A DNA stretch of 64,000 bases, taken from NCBI GenBank assembly GCA_951406725.2, contig OX597817.1, positions 143,530,001-143,594,000 of the forward strand, in the 5' to 3' direction. The notes beneath the pieces are model-generated. The model saw only the letters and a program-made list of their open reading frames with translations. It searched no databases and was not told where the DNA came from. The position numbers and the translations under genes are program-made. Shown one piece after another: positions 15,349 to 27,875 of the stretch (position 1 is the first letter of the stretch; each line of letters begins with the position of its first letter). Source of the DNA: Octopus vulgaris. Lineage: Eukaryota.

Positions 15349-17217
15349 TCTCTCTCTCTTTCTTACCGAGTAGCCATATATTTCCTCTGCAGCTAGACAC
15401 CTGTTTCTGTCTCTATCTCACTCTAACCTTTCATCATCTCACACAAGATCACCTCCTCCAGTGCCCCCTCCCCTCTCAAAGGATCTTCGTCTTGCAAGTT
15501 ACTTGATGACATCACCAATGCTGGTGCCACATAAAAAGCATCCAGTCCATACTGTAAAGGGGTTGGCATTTGGAGGGCATCTGGCTGTAGAAACCATGCC
15601 AAAACTGACCTCACCTGTGCAAGTGTCATGTAAAAAACAATCGGTCCTCTCTGTGAGGTAGTTGGTGTTAGGAAGAGCATCCAGCCATAGAAACCATGTC
15701 AAATCAGACTCTGAAGCCAGATGTGGCTCCCGGACTTGTTATCTCTTGTCAAACTGTCCAATCCCAGCCAGCATGGAAAGCGGATATTAAAAGATGGTGA
15801 TGAGTCAATGAAGCCAAAAATATAAAGAGATAGTGATAGCTGCCAGCATGACCCTGATGCAGGACACAGAGCAATGATAGAAATACAAGAGTGAGAATCT
15901 GATGGTAGACAGGATTAGAAGAGGTGGTGACAGGAAGTGCAGAAGAGGAAGGGCGAGAGTAGAATGCGGTGGGCACAATTGGTTTACTGTTGTCTCCTAT
16001 ACATAGACTTTGAGATAAACCAAAAGATCAAGTGATGAGAGGGTTGAATAATGAGGGTGATGGTGGGGAGGAAGGGCTAGAAAGTAGACAGGTTGAACCA
16101 ATGACAGCAGGGGTAGGAGTAAAACAAGCAAGAGAGAGGGGAGGGGAGAGATGAGAAAGAGACAGCAATAGTAGACTTAGCAGGACATATGTCTCTCTTG
16201 AGTTACATCCTCATCATCATCATCATTATCCTCGATTAACATCCGTTTTCCATGCTGGCATGGGTTGGACAGTTTGACTGAGGTCTGGAGAGCAAGCAGC
16301 TGCACCAGGCTCCAGTCTGATCTGGCAGTGTTTCTACAGCTGGATGCCCTTCCTAATGCCAACCACTCTGAGAGTGTAGTGGGTGCTTTTTACATGCCAC
16401 TGGGATGGGAGCCAGTCAGGTGGGCCTGGCAACGATCACATTCAGACAACAACTATTTCTGTGACTTTTGATCCATTATGGATAGGTCCTTCTCCAACCC
16501 CATGAATCACCAGTCAACACAGTTCCTTTTTATTTCTTCTGTGAGATGCAACATCTTTAGGTCTGTTTTTCATCATTTCATCCCAAGTCCTTCTGGGTCT
16601 CCCTCTTCTACACGTACCATTCCCTTTGAGTGTGAGGCAGTTTTTAATGCTGTTGTCATCCTCCACTTCACAACACATCCATACTCTCACAGTTTTCTCC
16701 CTTTCACATTACATCCAATTCATGCTACATCCTTTCTTCCATCCCAACGGAGACCCACAACCATGACCACCACCGATAAACAACTTCTATGTGAATACAA
16801 AACTGAAAATCAAAAACTCCACCATCATCTCTGCAGATCACACTGACCAAAATAAAGGAGAAGAAGCCATTTTTTTACCCTGATCTCCTTCTGATGGATG
16901 CAAAGGACATGTTTTCCAATGGCTGCTGAAAATCTGTATCATCATCATCATCATTTAAAATCCATCTTCTATGCTGGCATGGGTTGGACGGTTTGACTGG
17001 AGCTGGTAAACCAGAGGACTACACTGTGTGTCATTGTCTGCTTTGGCATGGCTTCTACAGCTGGATCCACTTTACAGAGTGGACTATACTACAAAATTGA
17101 TGATATATCCATGGTCTCCATGGCCTCTCTAGGTTGCCTCAAGCACCTCTACAGTTTTTCAAAGAGTGCCTTGATAAAGTCAAGTCCTTTCTCCAAAAAC
17201 AAAATTCTGAGAACATA

Positions 17218-17447
17218 TTAACCCTTTCATTACTGTATTTATTTTGAAATGCTCTGTGTTTCTTTCAATTAATTTTAAATATAGCAAAGAATTTAGTAAA
17301 ATAACTTAGTTATCATTAAGCTAGTGTTAGGAACATAAATTGTGACTTAGGTTTGGTGGAAGATTTTAATTCAGAACTTATGAAAACGAGATATTTGTAT
17401 TACAGAGCCAGAGGCGGTTTCAGCTGGGTTGGTAACGAAAAGGTTAA
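17218..17447. mobile_element. piggyBac-type MITE
   Basis: TTAA|CCCTTTCATTAC ... GTAACGAAAAGG|TTAA. Confidence 0.7.
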
Positions 17448-17919
17448 TGATGGGAGATTTTGACCTTCTTTATACAAACTGCCTGAAAATATATAGAAAT
17501 CGGCCAAGCACATCTCAACACCAGAAAAAGTAACAGAAGATTTGATTTTTTTAATTTCAAGGATGAATTCTTCCAATTGCAACTTGTGCTTGAGCCAACA
17601 AAACAAAAATGTCTTGGGTCTGATATTAACAAACCATTCCAACTCCATCCATGACATTTCAGTTGAAAAAAATAACTCATCTCTATGGCCATGACAGAGT
17701 ACTCTGCAATTTTAGTTTTTGACATGTCAAAGCCAAACCAGTCACTCCACCCTACTGTACCCATTCAATAACAGCAATCTTCATAAAGCAAACCGGGGAT
17801 CAATTAGACAAGATCTGTTGTGTACATATTAATTGCTGGTAGAGATGCCATATTTTATTTTGTAACCCTTATATACTACCAAATATATTAAAGGTTTATA
17901 AGTCAATAGTCTGTGTCAG

Positions 17920-18364
17920 CAATGCGTTGTTCCGATGTCTGGCAGCTGACTTGGCAGACACCCATAAAATTATTAACCATCTTACAAACAATAACTCTGA
18001 GCACCTTTTCAAACTCCACCTGTCTAACACCCGTGGACATGTTTACAAAGTCAGAAAACAGCACAGCTCCCATGACTTTTGGAAACATTTTTTCATGCTA
18101 AGAGTTGCTGAAGTATGGAACAAACTGCTAGCATCAGTTATTAGTTGTCGGACCACAGCATCCTTCAAAACTTCCATGCTTCCTGAGATTCGCCAACACT
18201 ACGCCTGATTTTCTCCCCTCCATACACATGCAAGCATGTATCTGACTCGTATACTGTTCGCTTTCCAGACATTTTTACATTACTGCATATGCTTTATATG
18301 CACTTTTGACAAGTTGTGGTGCACCTGTCATTGTATACAATAATTTCATTATTATTATTATTAT
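17920..18364 (+). mobile_element. CR1-clade LINE 3' end (ORF2 C-terminus, 3' UTR and (ATT)n tail)
   Basis: ...DLADTHKII...TRGHVYKV...FFMLRVAEVWNKL...V......SFK motif. Shorter copies lie at 32005-32222 and 37295-37582. Confidence 0.85.
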
Positions 18365-20014
18365 CAATTGTATCTCTAAAATCTAAATTCGTTAGAAAAC
18401 CTGTTGAAATACACTTAAAAAAATGAAGATCTGTTGCTTATTGACTGGTCCTTCACTCACATTTCCTTTGATATTATCAGATCTTTGTAGGGGGTTCTGA
18501 GAACATTGTCAGCAATATGTTTAAAATAGGTCCCAACAAAACACATTAGCATAAATTAACACAGAAGTAATTTTCCATGAGAGAAAAAAAAACTCGTTAG
18601 GAAAATCAAAGGAGATAATAAAAAAATAATAAACCAATTAAAATACTTCCACAAATAGCACCTTTAATCAACAGAAATAAGGCCATTTGAGTTGGAAAAA
18701 TATTGGCTTCAAATTTTAGCAGAGGGCCAACAATTTTGGGGAGAAGGTTTGTCAATTACATTAACCCCAGTGCACTTATTTTATCGACCCCTAGAAGAAT
18801 GAAAGGCAAAGTTGACCTTGGTGGAATTTAAACTAGAATATAAAGATAAATGAAATGCATGGAACTTTTACTGCCTCAGACATCATCATCGTCGTTGTTT
18901 AACATCCGCTTTCCATGCTGGCATGGGTGGGACAGTTTGACTAAGGGTTTGTGAGCCAGAAGGCTGCAACAGGCTCCAATCTGATCTGGCAAAGTTTCTA
19001 CAACTGGATGCCCTTCCTAACACCAACCACACCAAGAGTGTAGTGGGTGCTTTTACGTGCTACCGGCACAAGGGCCAGTCAGGCGGTTGTGGCAATGACT
19101 ACACTCAAAAGGTGTTTTTTATGTGCTACCTGCATGGGAGCCAGTCCGGCGGCCCTGGCAACGACCATGCTCAAATGTTGTTTTTTATGTGCCACGGGCA
19201 CATGTGCCAGTAAGGCGATGCTGGCAACAATAACACTCAAATGATGCTTTTTACGTGCCACTAGCACGAGAGCCATGCAGCAATAAATGAAACCAAGTAT
19301 TATTCTGCAGTAGGCCCTAACAGATTCCTGCAAATGTCCTGAAGGAATGCAAACATCGACTTGCATCCCTTCTATGCAACCTCTGGAGATATTCTTTAGA
19401 CTCAGGCTATATTCTGAAGCATTTCTATATCCTCGGAGTGGTTGGCTTTAGGAAGAGCATCCAGCTGTAGAAACTCTGCAAGATCAAGATTGGAGCTTGG
19501 TGCAGCCTTCTGGAACGCCAGTCCTCAGTCAAAATCGTCCAAACCATGCTAGCATGGAAAGCGGACGTTAAACGATGATGATGATGATGATTTCTTATAC
19601 TAATGTGTTGTTCCAATCTTCAAAAAGGAAGATGGATTACTTGCAATTAATTATCATCCAATCTCACATCATCAAAGCTGTTTCAAAGAGCGATGGGATC
19701 CAGAATAACTGGCTTAGGTATGTTTACGGACAACTAAGTAATGGTGACATAAACAAACCAACACTGGTTGTCAAGCACTGGTGGGAGACAAACACTAACA
19801 CAAAGACATACACAAATATGTGTATACACAAATCCATCTCTCTCTCACTATATGTGTGTGTGTGTGTCTGTCTGTCGGTCCACCTGTGTGTATGTGTGTG
19901 TATATATATACAGTAGGTTTTTAAAATACTTATATTAATTTATTGGATATAACTTTCTATGTGTATTCCATACAATGAGGTTATAATGAAATAGGAGTTG
20001 CGGATCTATTGGTC

Positions 20015-20170
20015 AGTGGCTGTGTGGTAAGTAACTTGCTTACCTACCACATGGTTCCGGGTTCAGTCCCACTGCTTGTCACCTTGAGCAAGTGTCTTCT
20101 ACTATAGCCATATGCTGACCAAAGCCTTGTGAGTGGATTTGGCAGACGGAAACTGAAAGAAGCCCGTCGT

Positions 20171-20232
<62 letters not shown>

Positions 20233-20450
20233 GTGTGCATGTGTTTGTGTGTCTGTGTTTGTCCCTCCAACATCGCTTGACAACCGATGCTGGTGTGTTT
20301 ACGTCCCTATAACTTAGCAGTTCGGCAAAAGAGACCGATAGTATAAGTACTAAGCTTACAAAGAATAAGTCCTGGGGTTGATTTGCTCAAGGCCGTGCTC
20401 CAGCATGGCCGCAGTCAAATGACTGAAACAAGTAAAAGAGTAAAAGAGTA
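20015..20450 (+). mobile_element. tRNA-derived SINE, family B
   Basis: Full-length match to the other family B copies. Confidence 0.9.
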
Positions 20451-20670
20451 ATTTATAATAATTATATATATACATATATATATATATATTTATACACACA
20501 CATATATGCACACATACACTCAACAGGCTTCCATGCGGTTTCCATCTACCAAATTCACAAGCTTTCCATGGTCAGATATTAGTTATTCATGACCACCAGA
20601 CCTAACCTGGGCCATTTCTCTGCTGTCAGCCATACATTTCTACTTTTAACTGCCAGATACAAACTGATAT

Positions 20671-21093
20671 ACTCTTTACTCTCTTTTACTCTTTTACTTG
20701 TTTCAGTCATTTGACTGTGGCCATGCCAGAGCACCGCCTTTAGTCGAGCCAATCGACCCCAGGGCTTATTCTTTGTAAGCCTAGTACTTATTCTATTGGT
20801 CTCTTTTCCCGAGCTGCTAAGTTATGGGGACGTAAACACACCAGCATCAGTTGTCAAGCGATGTTGGGGGGACAAACACAGACACAAACATGACCAAGTG
20901 TGTACCGTTGGCGATTTTTTTTCCTCTGTCTTCCCTTCTCTGGATCTTTCCTTCTCCTATGTTTCCGACGAAGAGCTCCGCTCAAAACGTTAAACCCTCC
21001 TTCTTTCCTTCTTTCCTGAGCGTCTAATAATACTATATTTGTTCCACATCCTCGCGTTGTTGTGTTTTTTTGTGCTTTCTTGTTTGGATTAAC

Positions 21094-21143
<50 letters not shown>

Positions 21144-21287
21144 TATGATAGGCTTCTTTCAGTTTCCTTCTACCAAATCCACTCACAACTCTTTGGTCGG
21201 CCCGAGGCTATAGTAGAAGACAGTTGCCCAAGATGCCACGCATGTGGTTGGTAAGCAAGATACTTACCACACAGCCACTCCTACGCC
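20671..21287 (-). mobile_element. SINE family B interrupted by a Penelope-like pLTR fragment (20890-21093)
   Basis: The SINE halves flank an unrelated ~200-bp insert that sits in the central microsatellite. Confidence 0.8.
20961..20995 (+). ncRNA. Degenerate minimal type I hammerhead ribozyme motif
   Basis: GTTT-CCGACGA-A-GAGC tcc GCTC-AAAAC-GTT-AAAC. Helices I and II pair; the core has two substitutions. Confidence 0.5.
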
Positions 21288-21651
21288 TACAAGTTTTTTA
21301 CAAGATTTTTTAGTTGCCAAAAAATCACTTCACTTAAAACAGCTGCTTGTTCTCGTTTACATAATCACCATGGTTATTCTGAAAGCAACATCTTATAAAG
21401 ACGAGTTTTCAAACATTTGCTTGTGTGTAAAATGCATGAAAATGGCCATGTGTGAAGTGGAGTTACTTGATTAATTTAAGAAAGGAATGAGGACACAGCC
21501 ATTTGTGAGATTTTATGTTTATTGTGTGTTTTAACAAGCGTTTGCTTTAAATATTAAGTTTCTTGTTGCAGTTTCTTAGCATTGATGTCTGTAGTGATTA
21601 ATAGAGAACCAAATGGAGATTTCTCAACACAGCATAATCACTGTACGTGTG

Positions 21652-21696
<45 letters not shown>

Positions 21697-21713
21697 ATAC
21701 AATAAGTGTTTAC

Positions 21714-22925
21714 TTATCTGGTAGATCGGGGGACCCTGTCAAAAGCTTTCTCTATATCAATGAAAGCCAAGTACAGAGGTTTATTTTTGACTAGGTATTT
21801 TCCTACCTGGAATTCTTCACTGTACTCATTGCCAACCCTCACCTTACTGACAGTATCCCTATACATGGCTTGCGCAGCTCTCACTAACCATTCATCTATC
21901 CCTAGTTTCCTCATTGACCACCAGATAAGGGATCGGGGTACCCTGTCAAAGGCTTTCTCCATGTCAACGAAAGCCAGGTACAGTGGTTTATCTTTGGCTA
22001 GGTATTTTCCTACCCGGAATTCTTCACTGTACTCATTGCCAACCCTCACCTTACTGACAGCATCCTTGTACATGCCTTGCATAGCTCTCACTAACCATTC
22101 ATTTATCCCTAGTTTCCTCATTGACCACCAGATAAGGGATCAGGGGACCCTGTCAAAGGCTTTCTCCATGTCAACAAAAGCCAGGTACAGTGGTTTATCT
22201 TTGGTTACGTATTTCTCCCACTGCTGTCTTACTAGAAATATAGCATCAGTGGTGCTTTTCCCTGGCACGAATCCAAACTGCATCTCATCTAAACTAACTC
22301 TCTCCCTAATTAGTTGGGCTATAACACTCTCCTTGACTTTTATTACCTCTGTAATTATTCGTATCTAATGTATCACCTTTACCTTTGTAGCAGTTGACTT
22401 TGGTGCTGCTCCACCAGTCGTTGGGTATGACTCCTTCATGTATCACTTGGTTGACTATACAGGTGACTAGACTATAGCAGACACTGCTAGATATTTTAAG
22501 CATCTCTGCAGTGATTCCTGATGGGCTGGGGATTTTCCCTATCATCATACCCTTAATTGCTTTATCTACCAAGGTACTCTCAATTTGAATAGCTGGTCCC
22601 TCTGTTGGGTCGACATTTGACAGACTGTCTTTCTCCCATTCATTCTCTTCATTTAGCAACCTTTCATGGTGGCATATCTGAGTCTCTCTCTTTGCAGTCT
22701 CGTTAAATGCAAGTGAGCCATCATCCATGCAGATAGATTTCTCTCCTATGACAACACGATTCTCTTTCACACACTGTCTTGCAACATGAAACACTTCAAG
22801 TCTTTAGTCCTCATGATGCAGAACATTGGCAATTTTTGTCTTATCTGCTTCCCCTCTGGCTAAATAAATCTACCTCTTAGCTTCCCCTTTTGGCAATCTG
22901 ATGTAGTTCTCCGCTACCACTGTTC
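21714..22925 (-). mobile_element. RTE-clade LINE reverse transcriptase pseudogene fragment with internal 207-bp tandem repeat
   Basis: AFVDMEKAFDRVPR...MRKLGIDEWLVR, GKIPSPSGITAEMLK and IPNDWWSS...YKGKGD...NYRG are typical RTE RT motifs. Confidence 0.92.
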
Positions 22926-23014
22926 TTCCAGTCATACACACAGAGACACACCACACACACACACATAAACATGCACGCATGCACACACAGACACACACAG
23001 AGACAGACAGACAG

Positions 23015-23088
<74 letters not shown>

Positions 23089-23205
23089 CAAACAGAGGTT
23101 TGGTAATGCTGACAGGTAAAACTGAAATCAAAATGTGTGTTTTATTAATATTTAGCAGAAATAATACAGTGACTCAAAGGCTGAGAGTTTCACATGCTGG
23201 CAAAC

Positions 23206-23262
<57 letters not shown>

Positions 23263-23661
23263 CACATATATATACATATATATATACAAAAAAAAAAAAG
23301 CACCAACTGATCGTGGCCGATGCCAGACCCCTCTGGCACCTGTGCAGGTGGCACGTAAAAAGCACCCACTACACTCGCGGAGTGGTTGGCGTTAGGAAGG
23401 GCATCCAGCTGTAGAAACACTGCCAGATTAGACTGGAGCCTGGGGCAGCCCCTGGCTCCCCAGACCCCGGTCGAACCGTCCAACCCGTGCTAGCGCGGAA
23501 AACGGACGTTAAACGATGATGATGATGATGATGATGATATAGATACATATAGATACATATATATATATAAATATATATCTTAATGTAGGATAAAATTTTT
23601 TTCGAAAAAAATTCTTTTCCAAAAATAATCTTATCAATGGCCAGCATATTAAAAAATACCT

Positions 23662-23889
23662 TTACCCCTTTAGTGTTTAAACCGGCTATATCTGGCCAAA
23701 ATATTCTACCTATTTTATGTTCAAACTAGTCAGATATGGTCATTCATAGCTACCTTATTGTGTCATTTTAAAAATAAACAATCACATCATTGAAATCTCA
23801 AAGCCATGAAATGATGCAAGATTAAGTTTAAATGGCGTGAATAAATAAGCTTTACATTTAACAGAATAATCTGAATGCTAAAGGGTTAA
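23662..23889. mobile_element. piggyBac-type MITE
   Basis: CCCTTTAGTGTTTA ... TCTGAATGCTAAAGGG|TTAA; a partial copy lies at 5092-5238. Confidence 0.65.
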
Positions 23890-24476
23890 AGGTTAAATTT
23901 ATAAACAATTCATAAATAAGGGCAAACGAAAAAATTTCTAATGCCAAATATGCCGAAAAATTGGACATATTGTCCATTAACCATTAATTTTTTCACAATT
24001 CGCACGTTACTCGAAAAAAGGTCGACAGAAATTTCTAAAAAATTCCATTATTATCATATCGGACCGATTTCAGGGTTAGCTTATAACAGCCCTCCCTTCG
24101 TCAGTGATACATGTGGCAAAAGAAATAAATGAGATACTTATTCATACCAATGGAAGAAGCATATATGCATATATGTGTGGCAGGACGTCACCAACAGCAA
24201 ACAAAATGAAATCCGAAAAAACAAATGTGTTAAATACGCAAAGAAGGAGAGGAAAAACTAGAAAAAAAGACAAGTAAGACAAAGAACGTCCCTTCATCAG
24301 TTATCGGCTGTCTACCTGCTCCTCATTTCAAGCATTGAACGACAATATATATCATCATCATCATCATCATCATCGTTTAACGTCCGCTTGATGACGACGA
24401 TGATGATGATATATATTGTCGTTCAATGAGGAGTAGATAGACAGCCGACAACTGATATATATATATATAGATAGAT

Positions 24477-24761
24477 AATAGTAAAAAGTGAAAAAACTAC
24501 AGAAGGCTTGTTTTAAAAGGTTAAAAAATATATATTTGAGTCATTATGTCTGAAGAATGTTATAAATTTTTTTTTATACAATGACAGAGTTTTTGAAGAA
24601 ATGACCGGTTTCGCGTTCAGCTTTTCAAATTTCTTACATCGTTATATATATTTAATGACTCAAATATATATTTTTTAACCTTTTAAAACAAGCCTTCTGT
24701 AGTTTTTTCACTTTTTACTATTTTCTATATATTCAACCACGTGCTTTCACCAACTTTCTCA

Positions 24762-24763
<2 letters not shown>
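24477..24763. mobile_element. Penelope-like pLTR in inverted (fold-back) arrangement
   Basis: 70-bp arms at 24477-24546 and 24653-24722, with an HHR in the loop. Same family as 62615-62830; flanked by (TA)n. Confidence 0.8.
24596..24635 (-). ncRNA. Minimal type I hammerhead ribozyme, U3-A8 core variant
   Basis: AAGAAAU-UUGAAAA-GC ugaac GC-GAAAC-CG-GUC-AUUUCUU: 7-bp helix I, palindromic helix III (ACCGGU), GUC triplet. Confidence 0.7.
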
Positions 24764-24805
<42 letters not shown>

Positions 24806-24898
24806 GTATGTATGTATGTATGAATGTATGTATGTGTGTCTGTGTTTGTGTCCCCCCCCCCAACATCACATGACAACTGATGCTGGTGCATATATATA

Positions 24899-25196
<298 letters not shown>

Positions 25197-25248
25197 CATA
25201 TATATATATATACATATATATATACATATATATATATATATACATATA

Positions 25249-25661
25249 TACTCTTTTACTCTTTTACTTGTTTCAGTCATTTGACTGCAGCCATGCTGGA
25301 GCACCACCTTTTTAGTCGAGCAAATTAAACCCGGGACTTATTCTTTTGTAAGCCCAGTACTTATTCTATCGGTCTCTTTTGCCGAACTGCTAAGTAACGG
25401 GGACGTAAGCACACCAGCATCGGTTGTCAAGCAATGCTAGGGGGACAAACACAGACACACAAACACACACATGCATACACATATATATACATACATATAT
25501 ACGACGGGCTTCTTTTCAGTTTCCGTCTACCAAATCCACTCACAAGGCTTTGGTCGGCCCGAGGCTATAGTAGAAGACACTTGCCCAAGGTGCCACGCAG
25601 TGGGACTGAACCCAGAACCATGTGGTTTGTAAACAAGCTACTTACCACACAGCCACTCCTG
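25249..25661 (-). mobile_element. tRNA-derived SINE, family B
   Basis: Full-length reverse-complement copy. Confidence 0.9.
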
Positions 25662-25692
25662 TGTATATATATATACACATATATACATACAC

Positions 25693-25737
<45 letters not shown>

Positions 25738-25994
25738 TATTCTGTTGTATCTGGGGAGAGTCATTCTCTTTTAGACACAACAGAATAAGCTTCAACACAC
25801 GAACTCACATAAAGAATCTTGTAAACCAAATCAAAAACGAAATATATATATATAGAAACAGGTCAATATAAACATACAAACACAGACATACACAGATACA
25901 CTTCCTAGTTCGTTGTTAATCTGGATCAGCATGTGACAAACATTTCCCTTGGGAAACGAGAACCGTGCTAATATGCTAGCGGATTTTCATTTAC

Positions 25995-26008
25995 GTTGCC
26001 AAGGTAAC
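25995..26008. promoter_or_regulatory. RFX X-box-like motif
   Basis: GTTGCC-AA-GGTAAC fits GTNRCC-N(0-3)-RGYAAC and lies in non-repetitive, relatively CpG-rich sequence. Confidence 0.3.
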
Positions 26009-26269
26009 ACACAACTCACATGTAGCCAGCATCTGCACAACCCGCTGGCCTGCCGAAACGACCATGTTATCTTTCCATTAATCGTCCATTGATATGAATT
26101 CGATTTTTTCTGATAACACGATATCTGTTCTTTTGAAGAAGATGAAGAAGAATCGTATGTGTGTGTGTGTGTGTATTTTATTGTTTGTCTACTGGTGGGT
26201 GTTCGGGGAGAGAGTAAATATGTCTGTGCGATTGTCGTAGCACTCTCTTTGCTTTGATCTATATGTCAA

Positions 26270-26303
<34 letters not shown>

Positions 26304-26726
26304 GCATATACGCATGCACACACACACACACACACGCTCGCACGATCGCACGCACGCACACACACACACACACACACACACGCACGCATACGAACATCTA
26401 TCCTCTCTCTCTCTCTCTCTCTGTATATATATATATATATATAATTAATTAATAAGGGTGAGAGAATTAGATACTAATTTAATAGTATATTTATTCAACA
26501 CCAAGTGGCCTAGTGCTACGAGAAACCTGGATTATTATAATATTTTATAACATATTATAATATTTTTACAAAATAAATATAAGAGAGTGGTCACTATATT
26601 GCTCACTCTAGCACCAGTTAATCCAAAAGGTTTCAACCACGAAAATACATGTTTCCCATGAAAGTCAGTACGATTGTTAGCTCACACGGACAGGGCAAAT
26701 AAAAAATAACAAAAATACAGATTATT

Positions 26727-26803
26727 TTGGGACAATTGTTTCGCTATTAATGAATTAAATGTAATTTTACTTACAAAAAATCCATTTGTAGCTCGTCAGC
26801 CAA
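26727..26803 (-). ncRNA. Type I hammerhead ribozyme (canonical core)
   Basis: UUGG-CUGACGA-GCUA[~40-nt loop]UAGC-GAAAC-AAUU-GUC-CCAA. Confidence 0.88.
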
Positions 26804-27260
26804 GACTATCTGGATGAAATCCACTCAATCACACGCCAGATTTTACCATAACGATAAATACGCGTGTGGTTCAATTGATTACATCCGACGTTATAATTCA
26901 AATGCCCCAACCAACAGCGCGCCAAACTCTCACGGAAAACAAATACAGCATTTAGAAATAAATGCAGCATAATTATAATTAATTAATAAGGGTGAGAGAA
27001 TTAGATACTAATTTAATAGTATATTTATTCAACACCAAGTGGCCTAGTGCTACGAGAAACCTGGATTATTATAATATTTTATAACATATTATAATATTTT
27101 TACAAAATAAATATAAGAGAGTGGTCACTATATTGCTCACTCTAGCACCAGTTAATCCAAAAGGTTTCAACCACGAAAATACATGTTTCCCATGAAAGTC
27201 AGTACGATTGTTAGCTCACACGGACAGGGCAAATAAAAAATAACAAAAATACAGATTATT

Positions 27261-27337
27261 TTGGGACAATTGTTTCGCTATTAATGAATTAAATGTAATT
27301 TTACTTACAAAAAATCCATTTGTAGCTCGTCAGCCAA
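27261..27337 (-). ncRNA. Type I hammerhead ribozyme (second identical copy)
   Basis: Same sequence as 26727-26803, offset 534 nt. Confidence 0.88.
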
Positions 27338-27380
27338 GACATATATACTTTATTTTAAGCAGCAGAAAATTCAACAAAAT

Positions 27381-27418
27381 CTGTTACTCTGAGTTTCTCG
27401 TTGCCGTTCATCAGACAG
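27381..27418 (-). ncRNA. Minimal type I hammerhead ribozyme, different family
   Basis: CUGU-CUGAUGA-ACG gcaa CGA-GAAAC-UCAGA-GUA-ACAG; a decayed relative lies at 29837-29874. Confidence 0.7.
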
Positions 27419-27465
27419 TTTTTGCTATGTATATATGTCTCTCTCTCTCTCTCTCTGTATATATA

Positions 27466-27860
27466 GGCGCAGGAGTGGCTGTGTGGTAAGTAGCTTGTTT
27501 ACCAACCACATGGTTCCGGGTTCAGTCCCACTGCGTGGCACCTTGGGCAAGTGTCTTCTACTATAGCCTCGGGCCGACCAAAGCCTTGTGAGTGGATTTG
27601 GTAGATGGAAACTGAAAGAAGCCCGTCGTATATATGTATATATATGTATGTGTGTGTATGTTTGTGTGTCTGTGTTTATCCCCCTAGCATTGCTTGACAA
27701 CCGATGCTGGTGTGTTTACGTCCCCGTTACTTAGTGGTTCGGCAAAAGAGACCGATAGAATAAGTACTGGGCTTTCAAAGAATAAGTCCCGGGGTTGTTT
27801 TGCTCGACTAAAGGCGGTGCTCCAGCATGGCCGCAGTCAAATGACTGAAACAAGTAAAAA
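27466..27860 (+). mobile_element. tRNA-derived SINE, family B
   Basis: Full-length, starting GGCGCAGGAGTGGCTGTGTGG. Confidence 0.9.
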
Positions 27861-27875
27861 AATATATATATATAT

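Larger units (their letters stand above)
26441..27340 (-). mobile_element. Non-coding partial-tandem element (534-bp unit) with two hammerhead ribozymes: retrozyme-like or Penelope pLTR
   Basis: 26441-26806 appears identical to 26975-27340. No listed ORF; inserted next to (TA)n. Confidence 0.85.
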
